Shown here: piece by piece, positions 57,401 through 64,000 of the stretch | How the letters are laid out: each line of letters begins with the position of its first letter | How positions within the stretch are numbered: position 1 is the stretch's first letter | Position numbers and translations under genes: made by a program | Virus record (IMG/VR): IMGVR_UViG_3300012663_000707 | Span: 6,897 to 70,896 of that record | From: a virus | Taxonomy: Duplodnaviria; Heunggongvirae; Uroviricota; Caudoviricetes | DNA length: 64,000 nt | Reading direction: 5' to 3' (one strand) | Notes under the pieces: generated by a model | Told to the model about the DNA's origin: nothing | The model's input: only the letters and a program-made list of their open reading frames with translations | Databases searched by the model: none

Positions 57401-58432
57401 TGCAGATGCATAAGCACCTGCAAACCCAGCAGTTGTAAATGGATATAAGCCAGCGTTTACAATATCTGATAATGTACTTAATGGATTAATTGAAACATAA
57501 AAGAATGAGGTATTAGGTACGCTAGATGTACAAAAATCATTATATGTAGATTGCCATAAACCTGTCCAAGGCCAAACTGAATATGTTTGTTGGGATGAAC
57601 ATGGTTCTATTGTAATAATTTTACCACTACCACCATCAATGAAAAATGCAGTGCCATCAAGCACATATGCTCTCCATTCATCGCCATTTGTTGGTATGTA
57701 TTCAGTACCTGGTACTGCAGTTGGATCTGTGTATAAAAAATCACCAGGCTGAATTGCAGATACAACAGTTGCTGAATATAGAATAAAACTAGCAGTATCC
57801 AAACATGCTTCACCCTTACTAGGGTGTCCTGAATCTGATACTGTTAATTGATTCGATGATCCAGTATTACATGCACCACCAGCCATAATAGCTCCCATGT
57901 TATTAACTTGCATTGCAGTTTCACCTGAATTTAAAAACCATTTATTGTTACCATTAAATGGCGTCAATAAAAGTATATTAGAATACAGTAACGTTGGTAC
58001 ACTAAATATATCACTTAATTGATTATCAGAATAAACAGTAGCACTTAAATTCGCAGCACAAGCTGATGTCTGATCTATATCACCGTTGCTTCTTAAAAAA
58101 GAGTATAAAGAGTTAGGATTATTAGTAAGATCACAATCAAAGATTTGAATAATCTCTCCGTCACTATTAAGACGTACACTTATACCAGGCGTTGTATTAT
58201 AATTATAATCGATATAAATCCAAAACATAGACTGATCATCCACAGGGGACGTAGTCGCATTGGTATCGTAATATAAAATAGTACCTAACGTAGGAGTTGC
58301 TAATGCAACACCGTTAAAGTATAAATCGATAACACCCGGGCCACCTATACCACTTGCGCCTGTAGCACAAGCATCCGGTCCATTAGTAACGACCAGGTCG
58401 AATATTTGAGCGTGAATTGTATTTACTGCCAT
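51470..58432 (-). CDS. giant virion protein (2320 aa) with CBM5/12-like carbohydrate-binding motif
   Basis: AWNATVSYNTGDLVEYQGSNYTALTTV resembles the CBM5/12 chitin-binding consensus (AW..T.Y..GD.V.Y.G..Y.A). Size and position suggest a fibre, adhesin or baseplate component. Confidence 0.6.
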   Translation of the reverse strand: MAVNTIHAQIFDLVVTNGPDACATGASGIGGPGVIDLYFNGVALATPTLGTILYYDTNATTSPVDDQSMFWIYIDYNYNTTPGISVRLNSDGEIIQIFDCDLTNNPNSLYSFLRSNGDIDQTSACAANLSATVYSDNQLSDIFSVPTLLYSNILLLTPFNGNNKWFLNSGETAMQVNNMGAIMAGGACNTGSSNQLTVSDSGHPSKGEACLDTASFILYSATVVSAIQPGDFLYTDPTAVPGTEYIPTNGDEWRAYVLDGTAFFIDGGSGKIITIEPCSSQQTYSVWPWTGLWQSTYNDFCTSSVPNTSFFYVSINPLSTLSDIVNAGLYPFTTAGFAGAYASALNAGQIGTSTGVWQNSIFGISTAFPYIWNSSSLTWTSGSPCPVQVPQQLYAITVERSVNYNDPTVAEFCTDVKEQKTYYYMYDENSNLSLNDIAVNNIPIYNTASGAYNSSPLTMVKTNILDDPNDSDGFYVWINDNNGTAYQWYGFDNAGALTSGTGITTGGSCSLYQQPNGYGTELITSPNPFAAKVYYSFWSCVPVVNNTQILWPMYLIDGDHLNGQTNHITNFIDVINSTGLNTFKNTPGTECMSYTHKIIANSIAEAELLLVQIAGYDATWIQQVNPAYVGIFSNNTLALRSDCNACATNASPVGTYGFGVIEGSVPQEEGPNLDLEKNYNLDNVSKPLLRTNPKLTTNVKVVVNESDQIFLESIDATKELASVEYKKFELSRSSSYAQDLAAFYNTRRTPAEIMYAVKRESSDLSVLDSYQFQLEETYQSGAISNFSKLHDEDFRIFAPIWLDVNIPKMFVIFKVNNPIDAKGLGDGASDNLKRIQSMLANAEIVKTFDLTRSSSIGNYLRNHVQDEFFPKAPLTFSFENGEKSTYNGIDLKKGGFTTKAEYMYEDFVVKDKPLIEANDLITDGFKRNMLAVANIMNLEFLFNDPTSTDYSVNRYFGLYVDDIDSGYGNVTVAEKGKLKFKSLDSYVNSTIPQSAIPASKMMSETPTLGYVSIAGKYYKIANNKFYDESKYSLNVEDSQNEIKTLLGVNAKGPSVNILKNDNIGYDYIKLEVVDTPGANDKFAVVSIKEEAFKFKFIKHMPSTTVTVEDVHGNSFSFNTSTDIEAAFDAFTTSFNASTSFSSQFKLSRPDVSTIILTEKKASLESLGLYISVANANVIRVNSIYTNVSLADETFFAASPGELDKGTFSENRFSSDGTYSDIAIAIAAAVNKAGKFTATTLGNNVYVSAKIGGYKLMQHAFMLAVTNNSQFITAENLDSNNELELSDVILTYWTTHYLKGGHSPKKSFLVTNETQSQLVIGDYLPTMYAGKYNKIIDIVDYTDDLRLGYKKCILTEASNIDSGETKVYHESGLRIGLFSAYDMYDMNFDFYDTSNSDLKELKYETDANIDYQPYIVPVAWNATVSYNTGDLVEYQGSNYTALTTVPAGIANSPINLVYWELIDILNIFGPDFSLSPDLYFSGLQPLLKDESVHSDEPAAITNEFDRLKENYNKTFALDSRVVPTINKWVLKDAFTCRDNPYYLNANEAFGKTNFTPDITAVDRNKDLFTHEWFYLDKLPVYFRYNMVNDSFSYVNFVQGFELTKDLFKSTTADYFDRFMIMDGLEVMSDSSDLMSVNEGNFDINTFLKTDRSKKYSPVDGGSDLSFASTIFKGIKVFFKNRKEFDKANPSEFLKGTEFNGYRFSTLVKVNAGAASNSIDYEVIQNKKFDFVIFYITLNIADVWTHGYMNRKLMYELQHDVVNDITMGYEYSDLQLDGALALNIVDFAAQGPYLVKGIHHIGNNTDPIFDVQMTLGADKIYGKILVDYGTGTTYAIDVISVISSTEIEIKGLPVDITDPTNFLQPQYLSQSQIANASYIYQNGGANANTTLLNKLSIGYVANLLRTNDELIKYTTIEEDGTQLSNRFTVEFDNGKEFLKISNLTITEDPNIPKSYKLFKGAIGYQIEETGVYYPTLVRHSGNYTVDLTPVVTFTDLYTHFKSNTDQFTFNPYEKQFEEALYKHSLTDIVAINIAKSYYKKYNRTGISFNIGFIKDDGTHDSNWGKIKNHFYHKVNEINPTSVTKLSASAEDSPLYPLIGEIAIDKKDVNVFRSSWDNFYYTRSLEAGRTEQVPGTLDAIEERSYMASTIMTVKALYDLTAFTSMVVDTEEDLDLILKNSNNKTDVVIFEDRNRVVIDFYMTDVVYKRLKDDGVLNTLTRFINPQDSIGDKTSLIDDTESYVFKNLLDLYTINGISLYVRPQKETVSNVISSSTLAELSSTGFAEDTSYTYKMHGQTPLNFRLIYNKRLGYSYDIRPMVKIKS

Positions 58433-58521
58433 TTATGTATGAATCTTTCTTTATAGTATACGCATCTATTTAGAGCGTTCCTCTATTATATATTCAACAA
58501 AATTATGGCTATATCAGCTTA

Positions 58522-61500
58522 CTATCTAACTAATTGTGCTGCTCTAATAGAACTTAAGTTTTTACCCTTAGGTGCATATTTAGAGAATACTTCTAAATCA
58601 AATGTAAATTGACTATCAAACTTATCAAATATGTCAATACCCAATACTTTAGTATATGTTAAATTAGAGAAACCTAGTTTAGCAAATCCACCAACTCTAC
58701 CTAAATCAGTAGAAGGATCGTTACCTGCGTAATCGGTCATTCTATATTGGAACACAATATCAACAGCAACTGAGTTGTTATCACCATACGCGATTTTCTT
58801 AGTGCCTTGTTTATTGTCTCCATCAACTGATAATGTAGAAATATTATTAGGTGCAATGAATAAGAATGCTCCGCATGATTTACCACCTAGAAGATATTGA
58901 TCATTTGCGTCAAACGACATTTTAAATGATCTGTCTCCGGCATTAATCATACCATTCATTTTCATATATCCTAATTGCTTCTTAGCATTTGCACCACCAG
59001 AAACTATAGGTGATACTGCTGGGTTATAAATAGAATAAGCACCACCAGTTTCAATATTTGCCGTAATAGGCATTGTATAGATTGCATTGTCAATTAAAGC
59101 TTGAACGCTTTCTTTCATTTCAGTTTCAGTAACAGCCGCAGCATCTACAGCAGCATTTGCGTAGTCTGAATAAATAGCAGTTAAGTCTGGGTGTTCTTTA
59201 TGCATATAAATACCCGAGTTGTATTCCAACGCTCCAACTTCTGCAATATCCACTAAAGCTTCTCCAAACGGAGCAGATATATCATATGTTGTCGCAATAC
59301 CAGCTGCAAATCTACCAAAAGTACCAGCCCAAATAAAACCTGTATCACCAGCATCTCCAGTTGGAGTTAACAAAGTTAATGTTGTAGGATCTCCTTCAAA
59401 ACCAGCGTAACCTAAACTATACTCGTATTCTGAAAATACGTTAGTTCCGTTAATCATCGGTGACACAACATAAAGAGCTTCTTTATTAGATACGTCCATA
59501 AATCTTGAGTAGATAAATTGACCTCTTCTTTGCGCTGATTGATATGGCACATCTGCTATTAAATTATATGTAGCAAGTTCTGTAGTCGATAAATTTTGAT
59601 ATTGTATTGGTGCTAAATCGTACATTCCTTCGGTTGTATAATAAGCATCAGATACGATCTTATTGTCTACTGCAATATTACCTTCATCATTGATAGGATT
59701 ACCAAATCCGTTTAATGAAGCAGTACCAGTAGCTCCAACCGATTTGTAAGCAGGCCAGTTTCTATCTCCAGAGATTCTAGAAATAAGTTCAAGCATTGTA
59801 GCTTTAGTATTTTCAAGAACCAATTTAAATGTTTTAGTAACAATGTGTCCTTTCTTAACGCTTAACTGTGCAACTTCATCTGTATAATAACCAGCAAAGA
59901 TTTGGTTCACACTATTATTTTGAATCATAGTGACTGTACCATCTTCTGCAACCAACTTAACTCTAAGTTCACCTTTAGCAGCAGCAATCTGTTCTTGTAA
60001 TGCTAGGATTTGTTGTTGTAATTCTGCAATCTTATCAAATACTGAAATTGGTTTTTGTTCAGCGGATAAGAATCCAGAAGCAACATCGGTTGCAGTATGT
60101 GCATAATACTTTTCATTTGCAGTAAAACTACCAGCAACGTGAGTATAAACACCTTGAGCTGTTAGTTCTTCCGTAAGACGTACTTTAGCACTCTCAGCGA
60201 TGTTCTGGTTAACTAATGCTTGCAAGTCTGTAGTATCTACTTCTCCGTCTGGAAAATCAATCTTGATTGGCGCAGACCATTGTGACATGATCGGATTTGC
60301 TGGATAACCAGCTTCTGAAACAGATTTAATTCTGATCTCAACGCTTTCACCTTGATTAATTGCAATGTCTAATTGATTGAAATTAACTGCTTGACCATCT
60401 TCAATAGCCGGAGTTAACCAAACGAATTTACCTTCGGCATTTCTAGCTCTATCACGAGGTGGAGTTTTCATTTCATTCCAGTTAGAGAAAATCGCAGTCT
60501 TTTCAGTTGATTCAGCAGTAAAAGGAATTTGTGTAACTTCAGGTGATTTACCACCAGTTGAAATATATCTATATTGTACAACGAATTGTATAACTTCTTG
60601 GTCTACAGTATTAGCAACTTGTTTAGCAGTTGGTACCGCCCAGAAACCACGTACTCTATATTTAGGAGCAATGTTACTTAAGTTTGTATCTGTTGATAGA
60701 CTTTGAATTTGATTCACGATAGAAGCATATAACTTAGCCTCAGATGATCTTTGTTCAACCAATGAGCTTAAATCACTTTTATCTTTATCAGATGCAATAG
60801 AAGACTTATATTTTTTAGTCGCAATCTCAGATCTCTTCTTATAGATTGTATCGTCTAATTTCTTAATTGTTTCTTCACTAGATATTTTATCTGCGCTTAA
60901 TTTCTTAATTTTATTTGCAGAATCACTATCCGTTAAGTGTTTATTAATTTGTACAACTTTAAAGTTATTAACATAAATAGCCGGAGCATCAGGTTCAACA
61001 CCTTGTGCTGATGGCGGAATTGCATCTTCTTTTAATGCGCTAATAAATCTTCCAAAGTCTACAACTTCAGTCTTATAATATACAGCAAGATCTTCGATCG
61101 AACCGTCTTCTTTAATATGTACTAATTCATTAGAGTATAAACCAACACCAGGCGACCAGTTTTCAGCAACCATTTTAGAGTCAGCATCAATTGGCTTAAC
61201 GAAGATTAAGATTCTTTCATTAAATCCAACATTGATCTCAACGTTTAAAGTATCATCAATACTTTTATAAATTGAAAGTACATCTGCACCAATTCTAATT
61301 GGCTCATAACCTTCAATCAATTCTAATTCAACTTGACGTGATGAAGTATCAATCTTAGCAACTTTATATCTTGTATTCCTATTGTTAGAATTAACTAATA
61401 GTTCGTCATTTACTTTTAGGAACTCAGTGTTATTTAAATCTTTCGAACCATCGTTATAAGTCAATTGATCTAATGTATAAAGTTTAATGTTTTTCTTTTG

Positions 61501-62190
61501 TGTAACTCCAGAAATAACTACATCCTTTTGAGAATCAATGATAGAGATGACATCAAATTTACCACTATATCTACTAGTTCTGTAAGGCATCATTCTAACC
61601 TCTTCATCAATTAGATGTGGGATTTTATTATTTACGATGTCTCTACTTGCCGTAGCAAAACTAATATTATTTTGGTTTCTATAGTTATCATTAAAGAAGT
61701 CTACAGAAATAGGACTAGTTGAATCAAAAATATATCTTCTAACTAAAACTTGTTCAGTCTCAACCGGAACTTGTCCAGTAACATCAAGGTTTATCGTTAA
61801 TAAAGGATTTAAGAAATCTTCAAAGAAAAGATTAGACTTAGTGTTAAATTCCACGGGACGGTTAACGCTTGTAATATCATTCGCAGGAGTCTTCAAAGTT
61901 GAAGTCATAATAGTCTGGAATGTACCATCCGGTAATTTAACTTTCGTACTACCAGTACCTAAACCAGATAACGCTTTAAGATTTGCATCTAAGCGCTCAA
62001 GTTCTCTCTTCATGAAACCAAATGATGGCACATAAACGGTTTTAGTACCTTCTGGAGTTAATATCTCTAATGGGACATTCTTCTCATCAGTGGTCACTGC
62101 TTCATTAATTCTCTCGAATGTTTTCAATGAATTAACATTGATCTCGAGCAATTGTTTGATCGCGTTTGAAATAGAGTTGTTACTGTTCAT
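58522..62190 (-). CDS. large virion structural protein (1222 aa)
   Basis: Long ORF, co-transcribed with neighbours; internal coiled coil (QQQILALQEQIAAAKGEL). Confidence 0.55.
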   Translation of the reverse strand: MNSNNSISNAIKQLLEINVNSLKTFERINEAVTTDEKNVPLEILTPEGTKTVYVPSFGFMKRELERLDANLKALSGLGTGSTKVKLPDGTFQTIMTSTLKTPANDITSVNRPVEFNTKSNLFFEDFLNPLLTINLDVTGQVPVETEQVLVRRYIFDSTSPISVDFFNDNYRNQNNISFATASRDIVNNKIPHLIDEEVRMMPYRTSRYSGKFDVISIIDSQKDVVISGVTQKKNIKLYTLDQLTYNDGSKDLNNTEFLKVNDELLVNSNNRNTRYKVAKIDTSSRQVELELIEGYEPIRIGADVLSIYKSIDDTLNVEINVGFNERILIFVKPIDADSKMVAENWSPGVGLYSNELVHIKEDGSIEDLAVYYKTEVVDFGRFISALKEDAIPPSAQGVEPDAPAIYVNNFKVVQINKHLTDSDSANKIKKLSADKISSEETIKKLDDTIYKKRSEIATKKYKSSIASDKDKSDLSSLVEQRSSEAKLYASIVNQIQSLSTDTNLSNIAPKYRVRGFWAVPTAKQVANTVDQEVIQFVVQYRYISTGGKSPEVTQIPFTAESTEKTAIFSNWNEMKTPPRDRARNAEGKFVWLTPAIEDGQAVNFNQLDIAINQGESVEIRIKSVSEAGYPANPIMSQWSAPIKIDFPDGEVDTTDLQALVNQNIAESAKVRLTEELTAQGVYTHVAGSFTANEKYYAHTATDVASGFLSAEQKPISVFDKIAELQQQILALQEQIAAAKGELRVKLVAEDGTVTMIQNNSVNQIFAGYYTDEVAQLSVKKGHIVTKTFKLVLENTKATMLELISRISGDRNWPAYKSVGATGTASLNGFGNPINDEGNIAVDNKIVSDAYYTTEGMYDLAPIQYQNLSTTELATYNLIADVPYQSAQRRGQFIYSRFMDVSNKEALYVVSPMINGTNVFSEYEYSLGYAGFEGDPTTLTLLTPTGDAGDTGFIWAGTFGRFAAGIATTYDISAPFGEALVDIAEVGALEYNSGIYMHKEHPDLTAIYSDYANAAVDAAAVTETEMKESVQALIDNAIYTMPITANIETGGAYSIYNPAVSPIVSGGANAKKQLGYMKMNGMINAGDRSFKMSFDANDQYLLGGKSCGAFLFIAPNNISTLSVDGDNKQGTKKIAYGDNNSVAVDIVFQYRMTDYAGNDPSTDLGRVGGFAKLGFSNLTYTKVLGIDIFDKFDSQFTFDLEVFSKYAPKGKNLSSIRAAQLVR

Positions 62191-62191
62191 C

Positions 62192-64000
62192 TTATCTTAA
62201 AATATCTGCTTCGAATTCGTAGTTTGTTGGGTTTATACAAGTAATTTCAATGTATGGCTTGTTTGAAGCAAGCTGACTAGGTTGAATCGTTGCTACGATT
62301 TTATCAAAGCCTGTTGATTTTTTTGTTTTAATGATAATGTCATTGGCACCCATGTTGATTGTATCAAATGCAATTTTGAAAACTTGTCCAGCTTTCCATA
62401 CATTAGAACTATCATCAATGTATATATTTAGGTTCCCGTTAGGGTCACTACTAAATGATTGTTTTAAACTCAATCGGTTGTCATAAGGTAAAAGTTTTGT
62501 CCAAATACCATATTGTGTTGCACCTGATCCTGCTAAACCTGCATCAAAAGGTAAAGCCGATGTGATTTGAGAAGTTACAGTTGAACCAGCAATATTCCAT
62601 AAGAATTTAACATTCAAAGAATAGCCATCAACTATATTGTGTATTTTAATTTTACCATCAACTGATTTATCGACTTGAGTACCTCTACCCGGAAAAATTA
62701 CATCTGTGTTATATTGTAATTCTACAGGAATTGTACCGTCAATCATTGAGTTAATTTTATCGTGTGCCTTAGTGATCAATTTAAGTAAAGCTTCGCTATC
62801 TTGTAATTGGACAGCTGAGTTTTGAAATAATTGTTCTAATGCAGCAACTCTAGAAGTTAACTCACTTGAATTTTGAGTAGACATTACCATTGCCTCGATA
62901 GTATCAAGTCTTAAAGCTTGATTTGTATATCTTGTATTGGCTTGGAGCATCAACTCGGTTGCATTTTCTAATGCAGTTGTAGTATCCATAAACAAATCCA
63001 TCGAGAATGTTGTAAAGTCGTTGATCGAAGTTTCAACACCAACATTATCCAATGATGAATTAAATTTAAGATTTAATTTTAATGAGAACGCATTACCATT
63101 TAAACCTGTAATCTCATTAGGTTTATTTTTAATTTGTTCGTGAATTTTAGAACCAGAACCACCAACAGTTTTAATATCATCAAGAATTAAAATTCCATAT
63201 AGATTTGTTGCTCTGTTTGAAGGCACTGATTGACTATATAAATCATAATAGATTAAAATAGCGTTAAACGTAAACTGTTGTCCAGATTTAGCATAATCCA
63301 ATAAACTCTTCATGCTAGAGTTATTGGTAATCGCAGCATAAGACTGTGGATTCCAATCGATTCCAACTGCCACTGTAGAATTTTCATTGATACTATAATA
63401 TGCACCTTCATTTTGTGTATAAGCATCAACTACAGATTCCATATTGATATTTGGATCTGGGTGTTGTTGTCCTGCTCTACCTGAAATATAATTGCTAGCA
63501 TACAACTTAGTTGCAGTAGTATTATAATTACTAGGATTAAAAAGAACGGTTGGTGTATTACCAACTGCAGTCGGTACATTAATGTAAACCTCATGATAAG
63601 TATTACCTACATAAGATACGTCATTTTCTGCATCGATTGAACCTAAATATTTAACAACTCGATCATACACAATACCAGTCTGTGTAGAATCATTATCTTC
63701 AGCATAACCTCCTAGAATACTCTCATTAGAATCTGCAGATCTAAGTCTTAGTGCACCAAGTGCATCTAACCATTTAAAAAAGATTTTTTCAGAGTCTGAT
63801 TGCATTAAGATAGGATCTCGATCATCATCTTGCAATAGTAATTCTTCAATGTTTAACGCATAATTTTGAAAAGTTTGTGCGAAATCAACATTAGGTTGGC
63901 TGGCAATATAGCTAGCACCTGAAGCCTGTTTAAGGTTCACTTCAAAGTCGATGGTATTAGAACCATTAACTGGTGTTGTAAAATCAGGTAGATCTAACAA
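62192..64000 (-). CDS. virion structural protein, partial (N-terminus beyond window end)
   Basis: ORF open to the window edge with a stop at 62192. Confidence 0.5.
   Translation of the reverse strand: MLDLPDFTTPVNGSNTIDFEVNLKQASGASYIASQPNVDFAQTFQNYALNIEELLLQDDDRDPILMQSDSEKIFFKWLDALGALRLRSADSNESILGGYAEDNDSTQTGIVYDRVVKYLGSIDAENDVSYVGNTYHEVYINVPTAVGNTPTVLFNPSNYNTTATKLYASNYISGRAGQQHPDPNINMESVVDAYTQNEGAYYSINENSTVAVGIDWNPQSYAAITNNSSMKSLLDYAKSGQQFTFNAILIYYDLYSQSVPSNRATNLYGILILDDIKTVGGSGSKIHEQIKNKPNEITGLNGNAFSLKLNLKFNSSLDNVGVETSINDFTTFSMDLFMDTTTALENATELMLQANTRYTNQALRLDTIEAMVMSTQNSSELTSRVAALEQLFQNSAVQLQDSEALLKLITKAHDKINSMIDGTIPVELQYNTDVIFPGRGTQVDKSVDGKIKIHNIVDGYSLNVKFLWNIAGSTVTSQITSALPFDAGLAGSGATQYGIWTKLLPYDNRLSLKQSFSSDPNGNLNIYIDDSSNVWKAGQVFKIAFDTINMGANDIIIKTKKSTGFDKIVATIQPSQLASNKPYIEITCINPTNYEFEADILR

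Overview
This window reads as a contiguous stretch of a large, low-GC (about 33%) virulent phage genome of T4-like (myovirus) architecture, with every supported gene on the minus strand over all 64 kb. Several secreted-lipoprotein signals, and a T4-type replication core carrying a divergent accessory complement, point to a Bacteroidota-type host. This is inference, not a database result. The replication and recombination core recognisable from motifs comprises: a gp55-like late sigma factor, SbcCD (gp46/gp47-like), a DnaB-like helicase, UvsX/RecA, a sliding-clamp candidate, a gp61-like zinc-finger/TOPRIM primase, a gp32-like SSB, an SF2 helicase, a RuvC-like resolvase, class I ribonucleotide reductase NrdA/NrdB, and a family-B DNA polymerase encoded in two separated pieces. 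The accessory content is rich. It includes an NAD+ salvage or reconstitution set (NAMPT/NadV-like, PRPP-synthetase-like, an NMNAT-type nucleotidyltransferase domain), a D-2-hydroxyacid dehydrogenase, a GatB/YqeY protein, and a Thg1-like 3'-5' nucleotidyltransferase beside two tRNA-like genes. It also holds a MazG-like NTP pyrophosphatase and a nucleoside-2-deoxyribosyltransferase-like protein flanking uncharacterised enzymes, which may form a nucleotide or DNA modification block, an SPFH/prohibitin lipoprotein, and five copies of a conserved roughly 75-bp intergenic stop/hairpin/AT-box cassette. A block of large hypothetical proteins around 33-40 kb, plus an AAA+ ATPase and a glycine-zipper protein, share an N-terminal F-E-x-F-I-N-E motif that closely resembles the T4 capsid-targeting sequence. 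This suggests a set of head-packaged, injected proteins. The 3' end of the window (45.6-64 kb) is a virion structural operon with collagen-like fibre proteins and a 2320-aa giant protein carrying a CBM5/12-like motif. All protein calls rest on motif recognition by eye; no database search was run.
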